DNA from: Camelus ferus | Taxonomy: Eukaryota | Length of the DNA: 64,000 bases | NCBI RefSeq assembly: GCF_009834535.1 | Contig: NC_045697.1 | Location: 45,944,001 to 46,008,000 of the forward strand | Reading direction: 5' to 3' | Part shown: in pieces, positions 25,126 through 38,599 of the stretch | How positions within the stretch are numbered: the first letter of the stretch is position 1 | How the letters are laid out: each line of letters opens with the position of its first letter | The notes under the pieces: generated by a model | Database searches by the model: none | What the model saw: only the letters and a program-made list of their open reading frames with translations | Told to the model about the DNA's origin: nothing | Made by a program: the position numbers and the translations under genes

Positions 25126-25624
25126 TTAAATTTCAATTCTAATTTCAATGTATCCATTAAATTAATTTATTAAACTAAATTTCTATTTATAATTTAAATT
25201 TATTCATTAATTTCAATCTTAAAGTCATGATTTTAAATGGTCAAAATATGTGTTAAATAATAAAAATTATTTATAATAAACATTTTTAATAGCAAAAAGA
25301 GTTTTAGTTTTAATGTAGTTTATAATCAACCTCTCTTTGGTAGTTCATTGAGTAAAACAAAATTTCTAATTTTTTTGAACAGGTTGTGTTCTATTTTACT
25401 CCAAAAGGGCACAAAACATCTAAATCAAGGAGATATTCCATAAGAGACAATTTATCTCCCTAAAAAAGTAGCACATTGCATTTTTTAAAGCATAGGATTA
25501 TTTTAATCTATTGAAAACTATAAATTTAAAATTAAACCTTACAACCGCTTGGGAAGGATTAACGATACTGGCCTCAGACTCATTTTACTGAATTTCTTTC
25601 GTAGAAATATATTTTTGGTTTTGG

Positions 25625-25960
25625 GAATTCACACATGCTCTGACTTCTTCCTAGAATATTCTTTACCCAGCTCCTTACCTGGCTGGCCCCTACTCACCTA
25701 TCAGGTCTCACTTTGGCTGTATCTCCCTCTCTGTGTGGGTTTTCCTGGCCCCACAGCATCTGGGTTAGGGGTCCCTCCTGTGGATTTCCAGGGCACTCTC
25801 CACATCTATTCGCGTATTTATACTTTATTGTAATGGTCTACTTGCTTGTCTCTAACCTCTAAATAATTTCAAGCTCCTTGCGGGCAGGAGCTGATTATCT
25901 TCTTTATCAATATATCTATTGGAAAGCATAGCTTTTTTTTCATGAGTCAATGAACTGAAT
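25625..25960 (+). mobile_element. L2 3' fragment
   Basis: CTTGCTTGTCTC...AAGCTCCTTGCGGGCAGGAGC...ending ATGAGTCAATGAACTGAAT. Confidence 0.6.
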
Positions 25961-27274
25961 ACCAATTAATCACATCAGTCACACTCACTGCAGCTGAATA
26001 TTGCCACAGTACCTCCTATTTCCTAAGAAATCTAGAGGTCAATGCACTCCACTATTCATTCATCAGGTTCTGACCAACAGCATATATTTTGATGAAAAGA
26101 TTAATTATGCATCAAATTTTCCATAAAAAAAAGTAGCATCTAAAAACTAACCATCACTGCAAAGGTGGATTGTTATAGATTTCTTTTGCTTTAATGTCTT
26201 GCACCTGAAACCTAAGAAGGCTCAAAGAAACATTATCCCCCTCCTCTTTTGCTTACTAAATAACTAACTTGTTTTAAGTCCATGATCTCCATTTTCTAAG
26301 AAAGTAGGGAGAAATATCTTAAGTCCATATAAAAGCAAAAAGTTACACGAAAACAACTCCCCCCTCCACCCTTATTTTAAAGTTCAACGGTATTTACAAG
26401 ACATAATCGATTCCAGTTTAGGATTTAAGAAAATGTCTGTGTAACATTCTAAAACGAGTGAGATTCAACAAACTGATTTATATTAAATTCCAAGCTTAGG
26501 ACTCCTAAGTCAACATTCTAACAGTGCTAGCTAGTGAAAGTGCAGGGACAGTGTGGCTTGCCATGGCTGAAAGCAAACCGAAAGCTGTGAGTGAGGGATG
26601 GCTGCGGGGTCATGTGCTGCCAAGGCCTCAATGTAAACACAGGTGTGTGGGAAGGAGCGCAAGGGCTCTCCCATCTAGCAGCTAAAGAAACACTGGCAGT
26701 CACGCTGTGGCGTCTGAATGCTTGATTTTGAAAATAGGTCATTTTTGTAAAATCACTACATCTTACTTAGCAGGTTAATACCCCCTCAACTTCAAGGATT
26801 CACGAAGCACACCTGAACCTCCTATCATTGTTTTACGCTGAAAATTAAGAGATGGAAAGCACATCTTTTTTTTTCCCCTGCTGAGCATCTCCCTGCTGAG
26901 TAAAGTAGTTTGAAGTTATTACCACCTCATTTGCTGGCATTTAGCAAGGATTCTTTTTACGGTTGCATGGAAGTAATGCCACAAGAGGATTTTTCCTGCC
27001 AAAATCTGTTAAATGGCATAGCAGTGTTTTTTAAAAAATATATTAGGACTATGACATACATTACCAATAAATTTGTCAACAATAATAACATTTGTTAACT
27101 GGTTTGGGTTTGGGGAGATTTGTTTTCATTTTAGGGTTTTGCTTTTTTAAAGCTGTTGTTTTGGGTTTTATCTTGGGATTCTTTTTGCAGGGAGAAGGCG
27201 CTGGTTTAGTTTTCTGATGTATCTATCTGTTATCAAATATAGTTAAAGTGTTAAAATAGTGTACAATAACTTTT

Positions 27275-27505
27275 AGGGTATGGCCAGTGGTTATAAATAC
27301 AGATTTTGAAGGCAGACAGTTTCAGCTCATATTTTAGCGGAACAACCTACTACTGTGAGGCTAGAGCAGATTATGTAAATCCTCAAGCCTCAGGTCTTCC
27401 TTTGCAAAATCGAGAAAACTGTGATATCTCCCTGTAGAGGGTTATTTTGTGGATTATATAATGCCTGATAATAATGCAAAGTAACTATTAATGTCATTAT
27501 TACTG
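27275..27505 (+). mobile_element. MIR SINE
   Basis: GTGGTTATAAATACAGATTTTGAAGGCAGAC...AAGCCTCAGGTCTTCCTTTGCAAAAT. Confidence 0.65.
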
Positions 27506-28959
27506 CTTTGTAATAACATCAGCTTATTTTATTTAGAATTTAACTTCATTTGATATGGTTTCCAAACTGCTTAACTGTACAAAATGATTGTCTACAGAAT
27601 GCAAAACAAAAAAATTTGTAGTTAATTTCTCTGCTAAAATATAATCTCTCTCCCCCATTCTATCCTATTTTCTCAGTTTTGAATATTTCTAATGAGGCAA
27701 TTTTCCACTGGATGAAAGATGGCACTTCGGTAAAAACTGTCAAAATGCAACCCAGGATTTCATTAAGAACATGTCATGCTATTATTATTCCTGATTCACA
27801 AAATAACTGACAGTTTTTAAGTCAACAAAATATTCTCATGAAATTGAGACAACTGTCATATCCAAGATTGAATATGAAGAAAACACAAACAAGTATGGGC
27901 CATTAAATGACATCAAGTGACTCAGTCATAATACATATAATAACAATTACATCTGTATAAAGTACTTAAAAGTATCACATTTCCTATTGAGCTGATATCT
28001 ACATGGACTGTAGATATCATGTTCTTAATGACAAAATGAATTTGATTTATTTAAACATTGCTCTAAACTTCACTCTGGGAGCCAATATTCAGGCACAACA
28101 ATAGAAAGAGAAAGAAAGAGAAGAAAGCAGACTGAGAATTCATTCATTCACTGTTTATTCATGTATTTAACAAATGGTATCTATGCAACCAAAAGTTTGT
28201 ATACATCAGCTTCAAGCTGTGTAGAGTTTTGTTATTTCCCAAGCATTTTTACATACATTTTTATTATTTGATCTTTATAAGTGATGAGGGAACTGAACGT
28301 ATGACATGTCCAAGGTGGCAGAGGCTTGTGGCTGGTTTTCCTGAATACTGCCTAGTGCTCTTTTCACTACGTGGTGCTGGAAAATCAGTTTTCACTATGC
28401 AAAGGAGAGGCTGAACCTGAGAAAGCTGATGACCACAGAAAGAACACAGAGGCGTTCCTTCCTGGAGGCTTTCCTGATATTCCTAGCATCCCTAAGTAAA
28501 GTTATTTTGCTAAATCAAATAATAACTTAGCTTTTTTTCTTCTTTCTCTCTTTTATTTTTCACTTAGACAAAAAAAAAAAAAAGAAGTAAGTGTGAGGGA
28601 GTAAGTAAGTAATTAAGGACTTATATAAAATAAAGTAAATTTTTAAAAAATAGATAACAAGAACCACAGAAAATGGTAAGTAAATATATTACACAGGCAT
28701 CCTTAAATAATTGATGGGACGAGTATCAAATTTTGTCCTAAGTATCCCAGCAAACAAAGTAAAAATGAACACATGGAAAATAATGTAATTCTCACTAGCA
28801 GAAATAAATAAGGGCATTTATTTCTTGAGAAAAAATAAAACATTTTTCCTGCCATTAAACTTCTAAAGGAAATTTCTTACCTGCTTTCTTTGATTAGAGA
28901 AAGATAATATATTAAATGACTTCCTTTCCTAACATCCCAACCCTACATCCTATATATTG

Positions 28960-29200
28960 TTAGCTATTGTTAATACTATTATTATTAATATTATATGTAT
29001 ACTAATGCATAATTTTTACATGCTTTCACACAGAATATCTTTTGAATTAGGCACTGTTATTATTCTCACTTAATAAATGAGAAAAGCGTTTGTAGAAATG
29101 AGAAAACTTAGTAGCTTGCCCCAGGTCACCTAAATAGTAATGAATTTTATTCATAAATATTTATATACATCTTGTTACTCCAAATCCCATGTTCTCCTTC
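28960..29200 (-). mobile_element. MIR fragment
   Basis: TAGGCACTGTTATTATTCTCACTT...ATGAGAAAACTTAG...CTTGCCCCAGGTCAC. Confidence 0.6.
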
Positions 29201-29254
29201 AATAAAAAGACAGCACCACATTGGCAGTCAACTCTGTGGCCACAGCCCAGAAAA

Positions 29255-29445
29255 GAATGGTTCTCAAAACCAGCAGGCATCAGAATCACCTGGAGGGCCT
29301 GAGGAAAAACACGGATCCCAGGACCTTGCCTCAATCAGAGTTTCCGATTCAGTAGATGTGAGGTGTGGCCAGAGAATCTGCATTTCTGACAGGTTCCCAT
29401 AGGATACTGATGTTGCTAGTCAGGGACCACATATTGAAACCACTG
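29255..29445 (+). mobile_element. MER5A hAT-Charlie MITE
   Basis: TGGTTCTCAAA...CATCAGAATCACCTGGAGGGC...GAATCTGCATTTCTGACAGGTTCCCA...GGACCACATATTGAAACCACTG, ~190 bp. Confidence 0.85.
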
Positions 29446-30244
29446 GCCGTGAACTTTATAGTTTCTAAATATATACCACACTTAATAGAGTATTTTTGCT
29501 GATTGCTTTTTATTAATTATCCAAATTTATTTGGTAATGTAAGTCCAGACACTGAGATAAAGGATAATGAAAGAGGAGCCCAAGGTCGTATCTAGAAATA
29601 ACATCTTTTCCTAAACCACAATTACCAATGTGTTTTCTAAAGCAAACAAAGGAACCAATGCTCACTTTGGTTCTCACTATATTCTTTTATTAAAGACATC
29701 TACAGTGCTCACATTTCTGTTAAATCTTATTTTATTAATCTGGATTGCATATAAGGGCAAAAAACAGCTAACAAAAAGCCTATGTGGTACCAACTTTTTC
29801 TTTCTGCAGGTTGACCCTCATCCACACTTGTATCAAATCACTTAGCATTAAGAGCTCCATTATCTAGTCTGTACCACACAGTCCAGTGTTGGAGGGCGCA
29901 TGAAAGGAAAATATTCTTCCACATGCGGAACAACTGGGACGCAGGTGTCAGCGAGGTTGTGGACTAAGTATCCTGCCTGGCAGAGACAAGGCGGGGAATT
30001 GGGAAACTTTCTGGGAAGAGATTCAGGAGGCAGATGAGTTTACAAGAAAGGTAGAATGGGGAAAGTTGGAGAGGAGGAGATGGAATAATCTGGAGAGGAA
30101 ATCTAGAGCAAAATGATGAGAGCAAAGGAGAAAAGTGAGGCAAGGTTTGCATTTTAAGAAGTGGTTAAGAGAGTGGTACCCCCTAGGTATTGGCTTAGAA
30201 TGGCTTTAGCTGCTCTGCTCCAGTCTTTAGCAACATCCCCAAAC

Positions 30245-30428
30245 CTGGCTGCGGTGGGATGGAGGAGGGACAGAAGTCCTGATTGACAGCATTTGCCAGT
30301 ATATGTGGCATAAAGGTGTAAGAACTCGCACCTTGGCCAATTTCAAGCTACCAGCTGATGGCCTATCTGGGAAGAGAAATGCCCAATGGGCTTGCTAGCT
30401 TGTGAAACCTGGCTCCAGCACACTCCTG
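30245..30428 (+). mobile_element. MER63-like hAT-Blackjack element
   Basis: AGCATTTGCC...TGGCCAATTTCAAGCTACCA...GGGAAGAGA...GGCTCCAGCACACTCCTG. Confidence 0.7.
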
Positions 30429-33400
30429 CCCCAAACCCACAAAAACACAGCCTAAGAGAAAATCAGTGGACCCACTATTCAAACATAGCTTCAAGGCAAT
30501 AGCTCTGTAGCCTTCTACTAGAATGTTGACCCTAAAATCCTCCTGGTAGAATAGAGAACCACCCCTTCTCTGTAACTGATAGAGAGACACAGGATTGCCC
30601 TCCTGCAGGTTCCTAAACAAAGCCTTAGAACACAGCTTTTTCATCTCTGGGTGCTGATACACATCTCTAGATGCTCTCATTGTGCCTGTACCCTGCAGTT
30701 GGAGGGTCTGAGGCGATGCAAAACCGCAGCAGCCTGGGGTGAGAGAGCATGTGATAGGGTGGTCAAGATTACCTGCAGTCGGCTACTGGGGGCCAGATCA
30801 GTGAAAACAGAATTCAGGAGCTGAGGGATGAAAAATGCTGCCCTCAGCTGATTCTCTGTGGTTTGGGGTGGGCTGGAGAAGGGAATAAGCCCTCTCTATC
30901 ACAGTCGGTTTCAAGGGAACTGGAAGGAAAACAGTTGCCAAGGAGCAGAAGGCCCCCATGACCATTCACCGTAGTCCTCGTGCTGGGCAACAGTCCACAA
31001 CAGGACAACAATTCCAAACTGAGCCTTCAGGTTAAACATTTTGAAATATGGTTCTATATAATGTGTGCCTATTTTAGATAGTCATGCATATTTATTTAAA
31101 AAATATACGGAGAGAAATCTTCACAAATTTCCTTTCTTCAAACATTGATAAGCAAATCACAGAGAATTTTTAAAACCTAAAAATATTTGCTTCCTTTTGT
31201 TTGAAAGAACACAACAATGAATATTTTGGTGATATTTCCATGACATGCTTCTTTGCAGAAAAGGTCTAGACAGATTTTGGCTCAAAAAGGGCTTCTAATT
31301 TGTACTTCATGCCATTTTTAAAATATATATATTTAAGTAGATGCCATTCAAGTCTGAGAAGACATTACATAAAAACTATTTTTCCTTTCCATTAGATATT
31401 TTTTCCTTGATTATTAGCTCACAAACATTTTAAATTACTAGAAAATGATTTGGGTGTTTTAAGGTATCCTGAAGTATTTTCAGGGATCTTCACTTAAATT
31501 AAAAAATTTAAAAATTGCCACTGGGGACCTCAAAACCTGGAAATTCTGTGCTCCTCTGAAACTCTGAGAGGATCTGTTTCTTCCCAGAAATTATGGCTGC
31601 TGAATGAAAGAGGAGTTTACATTCGTCTGTGTGTGAAATACAGCTTAAGTTGCCCTGCTGCAATCCTCCGGCTGGGAATGTTAATCACACACGGTGTTTA
31701 TTCATTGGGCACGCCCTTTTTATTTTCTTTGGGACCGCATGTCTCAGAAGCCCTGCTCACGTATGTTCAAGGAAAAACAGTCTACAGAGGGTTAAAACAT
31801 TAAAGAAAAGCTCCAAAATGTGCAGGAAGGCTGTGATTTGTTAGTGTGTTGGTTTGGTTTGGTTTTTCATTCTATGTCACTCCATTTCTTTCCTTGATTT
31901 TCTTTCTCTTTCACTCTCCCAAGGTGAGAGGGAGAGACAGGAATGTATTTTAATTTCCTCATAATATAGCAACAGTTTTTAAAGTGTAGAAGAGACGGAA
32001 GAGCAGTGAAGGATACAGAAAGTTGAAGCATTTGGATCCCTCACTCCAGTCATGATGCATTATCTCAGGTTGCTCCCGGGATCTGTGGGGCATTTTGGAA
32101 TCTTTGCCTCTGTGACCCACCACCTCTTTTCTTATGCAGTAAACTATAACCGTCCTGTCTCCCCTTCAGGGGGAACTGTGACCCCCACCTCCAGCATCAT
32201 TGCCCTCCTCTGCCTGTCAGCTTAGTCTGTATCCCTGGCATTTTTGTTATCCTAATTAGGGCATCATATAAAATAGAAATAGCAAATTCTATTTTTGTCT
32301 ATTCTTGACTTATGTCTGATGGAAAATAAGGTCCAGTACATACAATGCATAGTAATTTACTAAAATAATCCAAATCATTTAGGTTCCACACACACGCAAG
32401 AATTGTAATTTTTATTCTGCTATTAATTGTAAATAAAAATTAATAAATACCTGAAAGAAACTTAGCCACGGAAAAATAATTTTAAAATGGAATTATGAAA
32501 AATGCCACTCTTAATAAAAATATTAGGCTCATCATAGAGAAAAAAATACTCCTCCGTTTTATCTTGCCAGAGTAGAAAATTAAATAACTGAAAAAGTAAA
32601 AAACATAAAAGTATTCTCTACAGTTCAGAGGATCCTTGTTTTTCAATTAATCAATAATATGCCAGGTACATTTTTAATATGAAGCTCACAAGAAGATGTC
32701 AAAATATTATGACAAGGTAGAAGAAATTATAAAATGTCTGGAATTTACAGTTTTCTGTTATTTGGTACAACTCACAGAAAGCTTAGCCCATTTAAAATTT
32801 ATTAAAAATGAATTATTTGAGTACTACTAACTTCATCTGCAAATGGCAAATGCAAGAAAAAGTGTGTTTAAAAGGAAAGGTTACAAAAATAATGGAAGTA
32901 AAACAAAAACGAAAAGTTTGCTGGTTTGCAGTTTATTTTTTAAGCCTTTGAAGTTTGGAATCCTGGACGATATACCTCATCTGTAAAGCTCTGAAATTTT
33001 AGGAGCAAAGCTTTAAATATTGGAAAATTGAAAGATACTCATTGTTTTTCCAGTTGTGCATCACACACTATGGGTGTACCATTTAGCACTGCAATGTTTT
33101 GAGTGGCCAGTGAATGTCACCTTTTTCACTTCTAGGTAAAAATCATCATTTTCTTAATGAATGTTGAAAAGAGTAAAATGCATAGAAAATATAGCACATA
33201 GTTTCATGTGTCTTGAACTATGCAGCTACATTCAGTTTTCTTCAGCTTAAGTACCAGAAATGTAAGTAAATGTTACAGTAAGCAATTGGCAGCACAGTAA
33301 TGTTAAGGTTCTAGCAACCGTTTACATTTCAGGGAGTTACAATTTGGTTTTCACATTGGCTCCAGGCTTAAAGTTGGCATGGAAAGCTCTTTATTGGAGT

Positions 33401-33699
33401 GTGCATTTTTTTTTTTCTTTTACTTTACAAAATAAAGTCAAAATTAGTTTTCTTGTTATTTAGTCAAAGGCAGCCAAAAACAACATGATCTTGGCTGAAT
33501 TTAGGTACGTTTATGTATCTCTAATTTAAAGTCAGTTTTAACTTTAAAAGTGAAATGTTGCAGACATTTGCAGATAAGGAAGACCTGGTTGGACTGGTAG
33601 AGTTTTAATGTTGGTGCAAGTGAGCCTATGGCATGGAAGTAATAATATTACCTAGGACACAAAATATCACTTCAGTAAATCTCTGCTGTGTTTATATAA

Positions 33700-34144
33700 T
33701 GTTGTGGACTGAACTGTATCCCCCTAAAATTCGTATGTTGAACCCCTAATGCCCAATGAGACTGTATTTGGAGATAGGACTTTTAGTGAGATCATTAACA
33801 TTAAATGAAGTCCTAAGAGCGGGGCCCTAATCTAATAGGGTTAGTACTCATAAGAAGAGGAAGACACCAGAGATTCATCTTCTCTGTCTGTCTCTGTCTC
33901 TGTCTCTGTCTCTGTCTCTGTCTCTCTCTCTCCCAATCTGCACACACATAAAGAAGAGGCCTTCTGAGGACACAGTGAGAAAGCAGACATCTGTAAGCCA
34001 CGAAAAGATGCCTCACCAGAAACCAACCCTGATGGAACCTTCATCTTGGACTTCCAGCCTCTAGAACTGGGAGAAAATAAATTTCTGTTGCTTAAGCCAC
34101 TTCAGCCTATGGTATCTTTTATGGCAGCCCAGCAGACAGATGCA
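33700..34144 (+). mobile_element. MLT1A-like MaLR solo LTR containing a (TCTCTG)n repeat at 33881-33932
   Basis: TGTTGTGGACTGAACTGTATCCCCCTAAAATTCGTATGTTGAA...CTTGGACTTCCAGCCTCTAGAACTG, AATAAA, near-TSD TATAA/TAAAA. Confidence 0.9.
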
Positions 34145-34754
34145 TAAAACATATGAAAAACTAGAAGGACCTCAGATTATTTCAACTAAATACATTTAAT
34201 TGGTTTAAGGCCATTTCCTTTTGATCATGAAATTCTTCAGTTTCTTGATCACACCTCATGTTCTTTCTTTATATAATTTTATAGCATTCATTCCTAATTG
34301 ATTCATTCCTATGATCATGTTTCTAAAACAGCCATTTGCTATAGATGATTTTCAGAATTTTGCTTTTCTTCTGAGTGTTTAGTTTCATGTTTCTCTTCCT
34401 CCATTTTAATGTCTTATGTTAAATAGATTTATTTTTAAAATGTTAATCATTTTATTCCAACTTGATGTTGCCAAAAGCTAGGTTTTGATGATTATTCCCA
34501 TCCCACTCACTGCTTGAGGGAGCAGGTGATTTCTTTTCTCAGATCTGCAACTTCAAAACAACCTCATGTGCATAGCTTCCTCCTCTACTTCTGGTTTTGC
34601 TCAGATATTCACCTGGTCCTATTCTGTTATCCTGAGGAGTCAACTTCTCCTACTCTCACTACCTTGTTCTCTAGTACTCTAGATTGAAGTAGTATGTTGA
34701 AGGAAAAAAACCTAAAATTTCCTGTACAGGCTATTATTAGGACCTTGTTATTCA

Positions 34755-35560
34755 CTGAAAAAGGGAAATTTAGGGAGAAGAGGAAGTTTCTCAGGGTGAC
34801 AGGCTGATGACCGCACTTTGAGACATGTTGAGTTTGAAGAATCTATGGGTCAACCAGTGAATTGTTGAATAAACAGATCTGAAACTGGGCGGGAGTTGCA
34901 GCTGTTGTGAGTTGGGAAAGCATGGGTGGGATGAGATCACTTAGAGTATATAAAGAGAGAAGAAAGCAAAATCAGTGCCACCAGAATTAATAAATAAATC
35001 GATGGTGGGAGGGCAAGAGCAGAGAGATAAGGAAAAACCAAAACTATGTGTCAAAGAAACAAATTGTGGTGGGGGCAGGGGTGTGACAACAGCGAGAAAT
35101 TCAACAGAGAAATCAAGGAAACTAAGACCAGAAGAGTGGTGATATACTCTGATTTTAAAAACTACAAAGTCTTGCTGACCTTAGCAAAAATCACTTAGTG
35201 AAGTGATGGAGACAGAAGTCTGGCTATAGTGGGTTGAGGAGGTGGCTGCATATAATGACTCTCTCAGAAAGGTGGCTCATCTAATGAAGGAAACTAGAGC
35301 AGGAGATGGAGGAGTTTAAAGGTTGAGGAAGTTTTATTTACTTCATTTGTTTTTCATAGGGACAGAATTAACTATATATTAAGGAGGAAAAGTATTGGTA
35401 GAGAAGATGATGTTGAAAATACACTAAAGGAAATGCATTTATTTTTCTCATTTAAGAAACTTGTTTTGAACACCCACTATGCACCATGTATCATACTTCT
35501 TGCTGGGGATCCAAGGATGGGTTAAATTAGCAAGGCTGCTGCCCTGTTGAGAATCCCAGA
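34755..35560 (-). mobile_element. L2 fragments
   Basis: TTTGAGACATGTTGAGTTTGAAG, GGGATGAGATCAC, TGACCTTAGCAA...AGTGATGG are reverse-strand L2 motifs. Confidence 0.6.
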
Positions 35561-35989
35561 TGGACCAAAAGCTCTAAGAAGGTAGATTAGATTAATATCT
35601 AAGTGGAGGCATTAGTCTTAAGAAGAAAGAGAACCAATTATTTCACAGAACTAGGATAAAGTTCATGAAAGCAGGCATGTTTGTAGACGAAAGAAAGGGA
35701 CAGGATAGGAGTTAGAAGAAGTTCAGACATCAAGGTTTTTTCCTATTTCTATAACATAGGATGCAAATCATATACTCAAATGAGGATGTTCACAGTAAAA
35801 TAAATAAAATAATTCTTGAAGGAAATGAGAAAAAGAAGCAATATGATCACCAAGCACAACTGACAAGGCAGCTAAATTTGAAGGTGGTGAAGTCTGGTAC
35901 AAATCCACATGATGGTGTGAATGTCTCCAGTACCTCTCAGTGGCAGACCAGTTATGGGGCGGGGTGGGGAGGCAGAGGAGTGGATCTAT

Positions 35990-36200
35990 CTTTGGTTATG
36001 ATAACACTAACTGCTCTAACAGATTAACTTAGAAATTTAATGATTTCACACAATAGAAGCTTATTTCTCATTCATTTAAAATTATTCAGAATAGGATTAG
36101 GGATTTATTCATGAAGTCATTTAGGGAGTCGGGATAGTGAAAGCTCACCCATCTTCAGCACGCAACTTCCTTCCAAAGCACCACGGACGTTGTCATACAA
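35990..36200 (-). mobile_element. Old MLT1 (J/K-like) LTR fragment
   Basis: GGTTATGATAACACTAACTGCTCTAACAGA...ACACAATAGAAGCTTATTTCTCATTCA. Confidence 0.5.
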
Positions 36201-37239
36201 CCAGCAGGTGGGATTGGGGGAAAAGGTGGAGAGTCGTGCAACAGATTTACACAGGCTAGACCTAGAAGCGGCACACAGAAGAATGGCATGTGCTGCCTCT
36301 AGCCACATAGGCCCTGGAAGCTGAAGGCTGTCCCTGAGTCACACCTAACGCACAGACTCTATGGTGTGGCTGGGACCCTCCTTTCTTAGGAACCAGGCTC
36401 CTGAGGCCCACTGTGCTAGGTATTACTCTAGGGCAGGCATGGACCCCTTCCACCTCAAAAGATGTGACAACCTGTATCCTACTGCGTCAGGAAGGAAATC
36501 TGTTCTGCACTTCTCCTTACTTTCACAGGTTGGACTCTCTCTCCCCTTCAGGACTCCAAGCAGAAGCTCTAGGAAAATAAATGAGGTAAGGAAATGCAAA
36601 GGACCAACAAACAGTATCTCAACAAGTTAACATATATTGTTATATTTATAAGAAATGAAGTATTAACAGCATTCTAGGTACCCAAAGAATATACTAAAAG
36701 CAAGAATATTTCCTGCTACTCTGCCAACCTATCTAAGCCAAAGGGATTCAGTGGATAAACATCTGTCACTCCATTTAATTTTGCTTAAGTGTGAAAACTC
36801 AAAAGGATATGTTTTTAAACACCACAAACATGGCAGCCTCTTTGACTCTCTTCTCCAAACTAGGAAAATTATCAAAAACAACTTTCTAACATGCCCCAAT
36901 AATGATTTCAGATTTCAGAGATGCTATTAGGACACAGGCAAATAACAAAGACAGTTACTCAGTTTCCCATATGATTTACTGGTGGTAGTGATGGTGGTGA
37001 AAATGCTGCTTGTGGATCATCAAACAGGGCAACTCTTGCCTTTCAATTTCATGGTTAACTGAATAATTTACTTCTACTCTGCTTACTTCAAAGTTATATT
37101 TGAAGTGGCTACATTTTGGTATAGTGCAAACTACTTGTGCAATATAACTCTTCCATTTTTACTTACTCTCATAGCCTCATGAAATAATAAGAACACTACC
37201 ACTACCCATCTGCAGACGAAAACATTCTCAGAAAAGCAT

Positions 37240-38525
37240 TTGGAATGATTGATCACTGCCTCCTCCTCAAATTACTTTCCTCTCTTAGTATCCAGAACAC
37301 CATACTCCTTTTGTTCTCTTCCTGGCTAGCCCTTCTCTGTCTCTGCTAGTAAGTTCTTCCTCATCTCCTGAACCTCTACACATTGAAGTGTTGCCTGTAA
37401 CTTTTCATTGCCTGTAACTCTTCTCTATCTTCTCTGTTCACATGACTTTAAATACCAGTATACTTGAATGACTCACAAATTAACATCCGCAGTCCAGATC
37501 TCTCCACAGAACTCCAAAATGCTTATCCAATTCCCCCTCTTCACAGCCACTTGGATTGCTACATGGCATCTCTAACTTGATATGTCTGAAACCCAAACTC
37601 TAGATTCCAGCCCTCCATAAAATCCTCCTCCCAGCAGCCTTCCTAATTGAACGGCTATTTCATCCTTCTAGATACTCAGGAAAAACACTTAAAATCATCC
37701 TTGAGTCATTTTCTTCTTCATACCTTATATTCAATCATTAGAGAAGTCTATTTTTCCTATCTTCAAAATACGTCTGGAACCCAGACACGTATACATATCA
37801 CCTCCACCATTATCATCCTGGTCCAAGAGGCACCATCCCTCGCTTACTACAGTAGCCTCTCATGGGTATCCCTGCTTCCATCCGTATCCTCACCTCAATC
37901 TATTCTTCTTACAGCCAGAGAGAGATCGCTTATACAAGGTTTTGTCACTGCTCTGAGCAAAGCCCTCCAGTGGTTTCATATCTCAAAAGTGAAAGCCACG
38001 GTCTACAGTATGGCCTGTCAGGAATCTTCCCCACCCCTTTATTTCTCTGATCTCTTTTGCCTTTAAATTACTCCACTGCAGCCACACTGGCCTCCTTGCA
38101 ATGTGGCAAGCACACCAAGTTTGTGACTGCCTGAGGCTGTTGGCTCATTTCTCCCTCTGCATGGAAGTTTCTTCCCCGACCTATCCTCCATGGCTCACTA
38201 TCTTGGCTCCATCAGCTTTTTGCTCAAATGTCATCTTCTAAATGAGATCTTTCTTGATCATTCATTTTAAAACTACAACTCCACACCCAGCAGCACCCTC
38301 CTATCCCCTTTACCTGTTTTATTTTTTTCCAAAGCACTTATGCCCATCTATCTTACTGTATATTTTGAGGGTTTGTTTGTTGTCTTTCTTTCCCAACTAA
38401 AATATATGGTCTCTGGATACAGGAATTTTTGTATGTTTCCTGCACTGTATTGATCAGTACTTGATGCTTAGACTAATGATAGACAAATAGGAGGTGCTCA
38501 ATCAATACCAGATAATGAATGAAGG
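37240..38525 (+). mobile_element. L2a LINE 3' ~1.3 kb
   Basis: CACTTGGATTGCTACATGGCATCTCTAACTT...CAGCCACACTGGCCTCCTTGC...GGTGCTCAATCAATA...AATGAATGAA. Confidence 0.85.
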
Positions 38526-38599
38526 AAGATAATTCATTGATGTGTGACTCACTGAGTATTATATACTGGTGACTGCCAAAATTTATATCTGAAAAGATT

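Noticed and set aside
25120..25300. Quasi-repeated TTCATTAAATTTCAAT motifs resembling an array
   Set aside because: Low-complexity AT-rich sequence with no constant repeat/spacer structure.
33813..34044. ORFs with RQRQRQ / ETETET repeats
   Set aside because: These are translations of the (TCTCTG)n microsatellite inside an MLT1A LTR.
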